A stretch of 51,382 bases of DNA, the filler included, from Catajapyx aquilonaris (Eukaryota): NCBI GenBank assembly GCA_000934665.2. It is 2 parts of 2 records of this genome, joined end to end, with 100 filler letters (N's around TTAATTAATTAA, not from the genome) between each part and the next. Parts side by side here need not be neighbours in the genome. Positions count along the whole stretch, not along the records: positions 25,734 to 51,382 come from JYFJ02005329.1; 1 more part is not named here. The stretch is one strand, 5' to 3'. Position numbers and translations under genes: made by a program. Under the pieces are notes generated by a model. It saw only the letters and a program-made list of their open reading frames with translations, ran no database searches and was not told where the DNA came from. How positions within the stretch are numbered: position 1 is the first letter of the stretch; each line of letters begins with the position of its first letter. Positions 51,005 through 51,382 of this stretch are shown here, one piece after another.

Positions 51005-51382
51005 GAACAACCTTATGGGCACAGTATGCAGGCATACCTCTTTTCAAAGCCTTTTTCTAATGCATCACTTTAAATTATATTTTTATTATTTTAGCCACTT
51101 GCCTTACTCTTATGACACATGCACACATCAGCTGAGCATTTAAAATGCATTATTTTATTTTACATGGTTTTTGGCGTAGCACTACAGTGGAGCATCGATT
51201 ATCCAAACAGAGTCTGCCAAGGGGGTGTTCGGATAACCGATCATTTAAAATTGTGAAAAAAATTGTACCGGTGTCACAGGAGTAATATGAAACTAAGAAA
51301 CAGTGATATTAACCACAAAACTGTATATTTTCTGTCACAGGCACATCTTAAAAATACTGTACATATACCTTACTGTCCTTCC

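Overview
Eukaryotic, most likely arthropod, genomic DNA (inferred from TTAGG repeats, DRE motifs, Nin-domain SINEs and ~60-nt minimal introns). Four spliced genes were read by eye: CDC16/APC6 (+, 10 exons 996-13196, first exon upstream of the window), CPEB1/orb (+, complete, 19477-22719), an AVEN-like gene (-, 27791-36170) and the first coding exon of Pellino (+, 48435-48541). AVEN and Pellino are head-to-head across a CpG-rich promoter with five perfect TATCGATA (DRE) motifs. Introns and intergenic DNA hold more than 25 non-autonomous, often nested, DNA-transposon derivatives (mariner/Tc1 foldbacks, Harbinger/Tourist, hAT, piggyBac, pogo-like) and several tRNA-derived SINE families sharing 3' tails. 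An artificial scaffolding spacer lies at 25634-25733. I found no autonomous element and no unambiguous new system. The best leads are transposase-derived foldbacks in host transcripts, modular SINEs, the DRE-cluster promoter and altered CPEB regulatory motifs. No database searches were run; coordinates were counted manually and may be off by a few bases.
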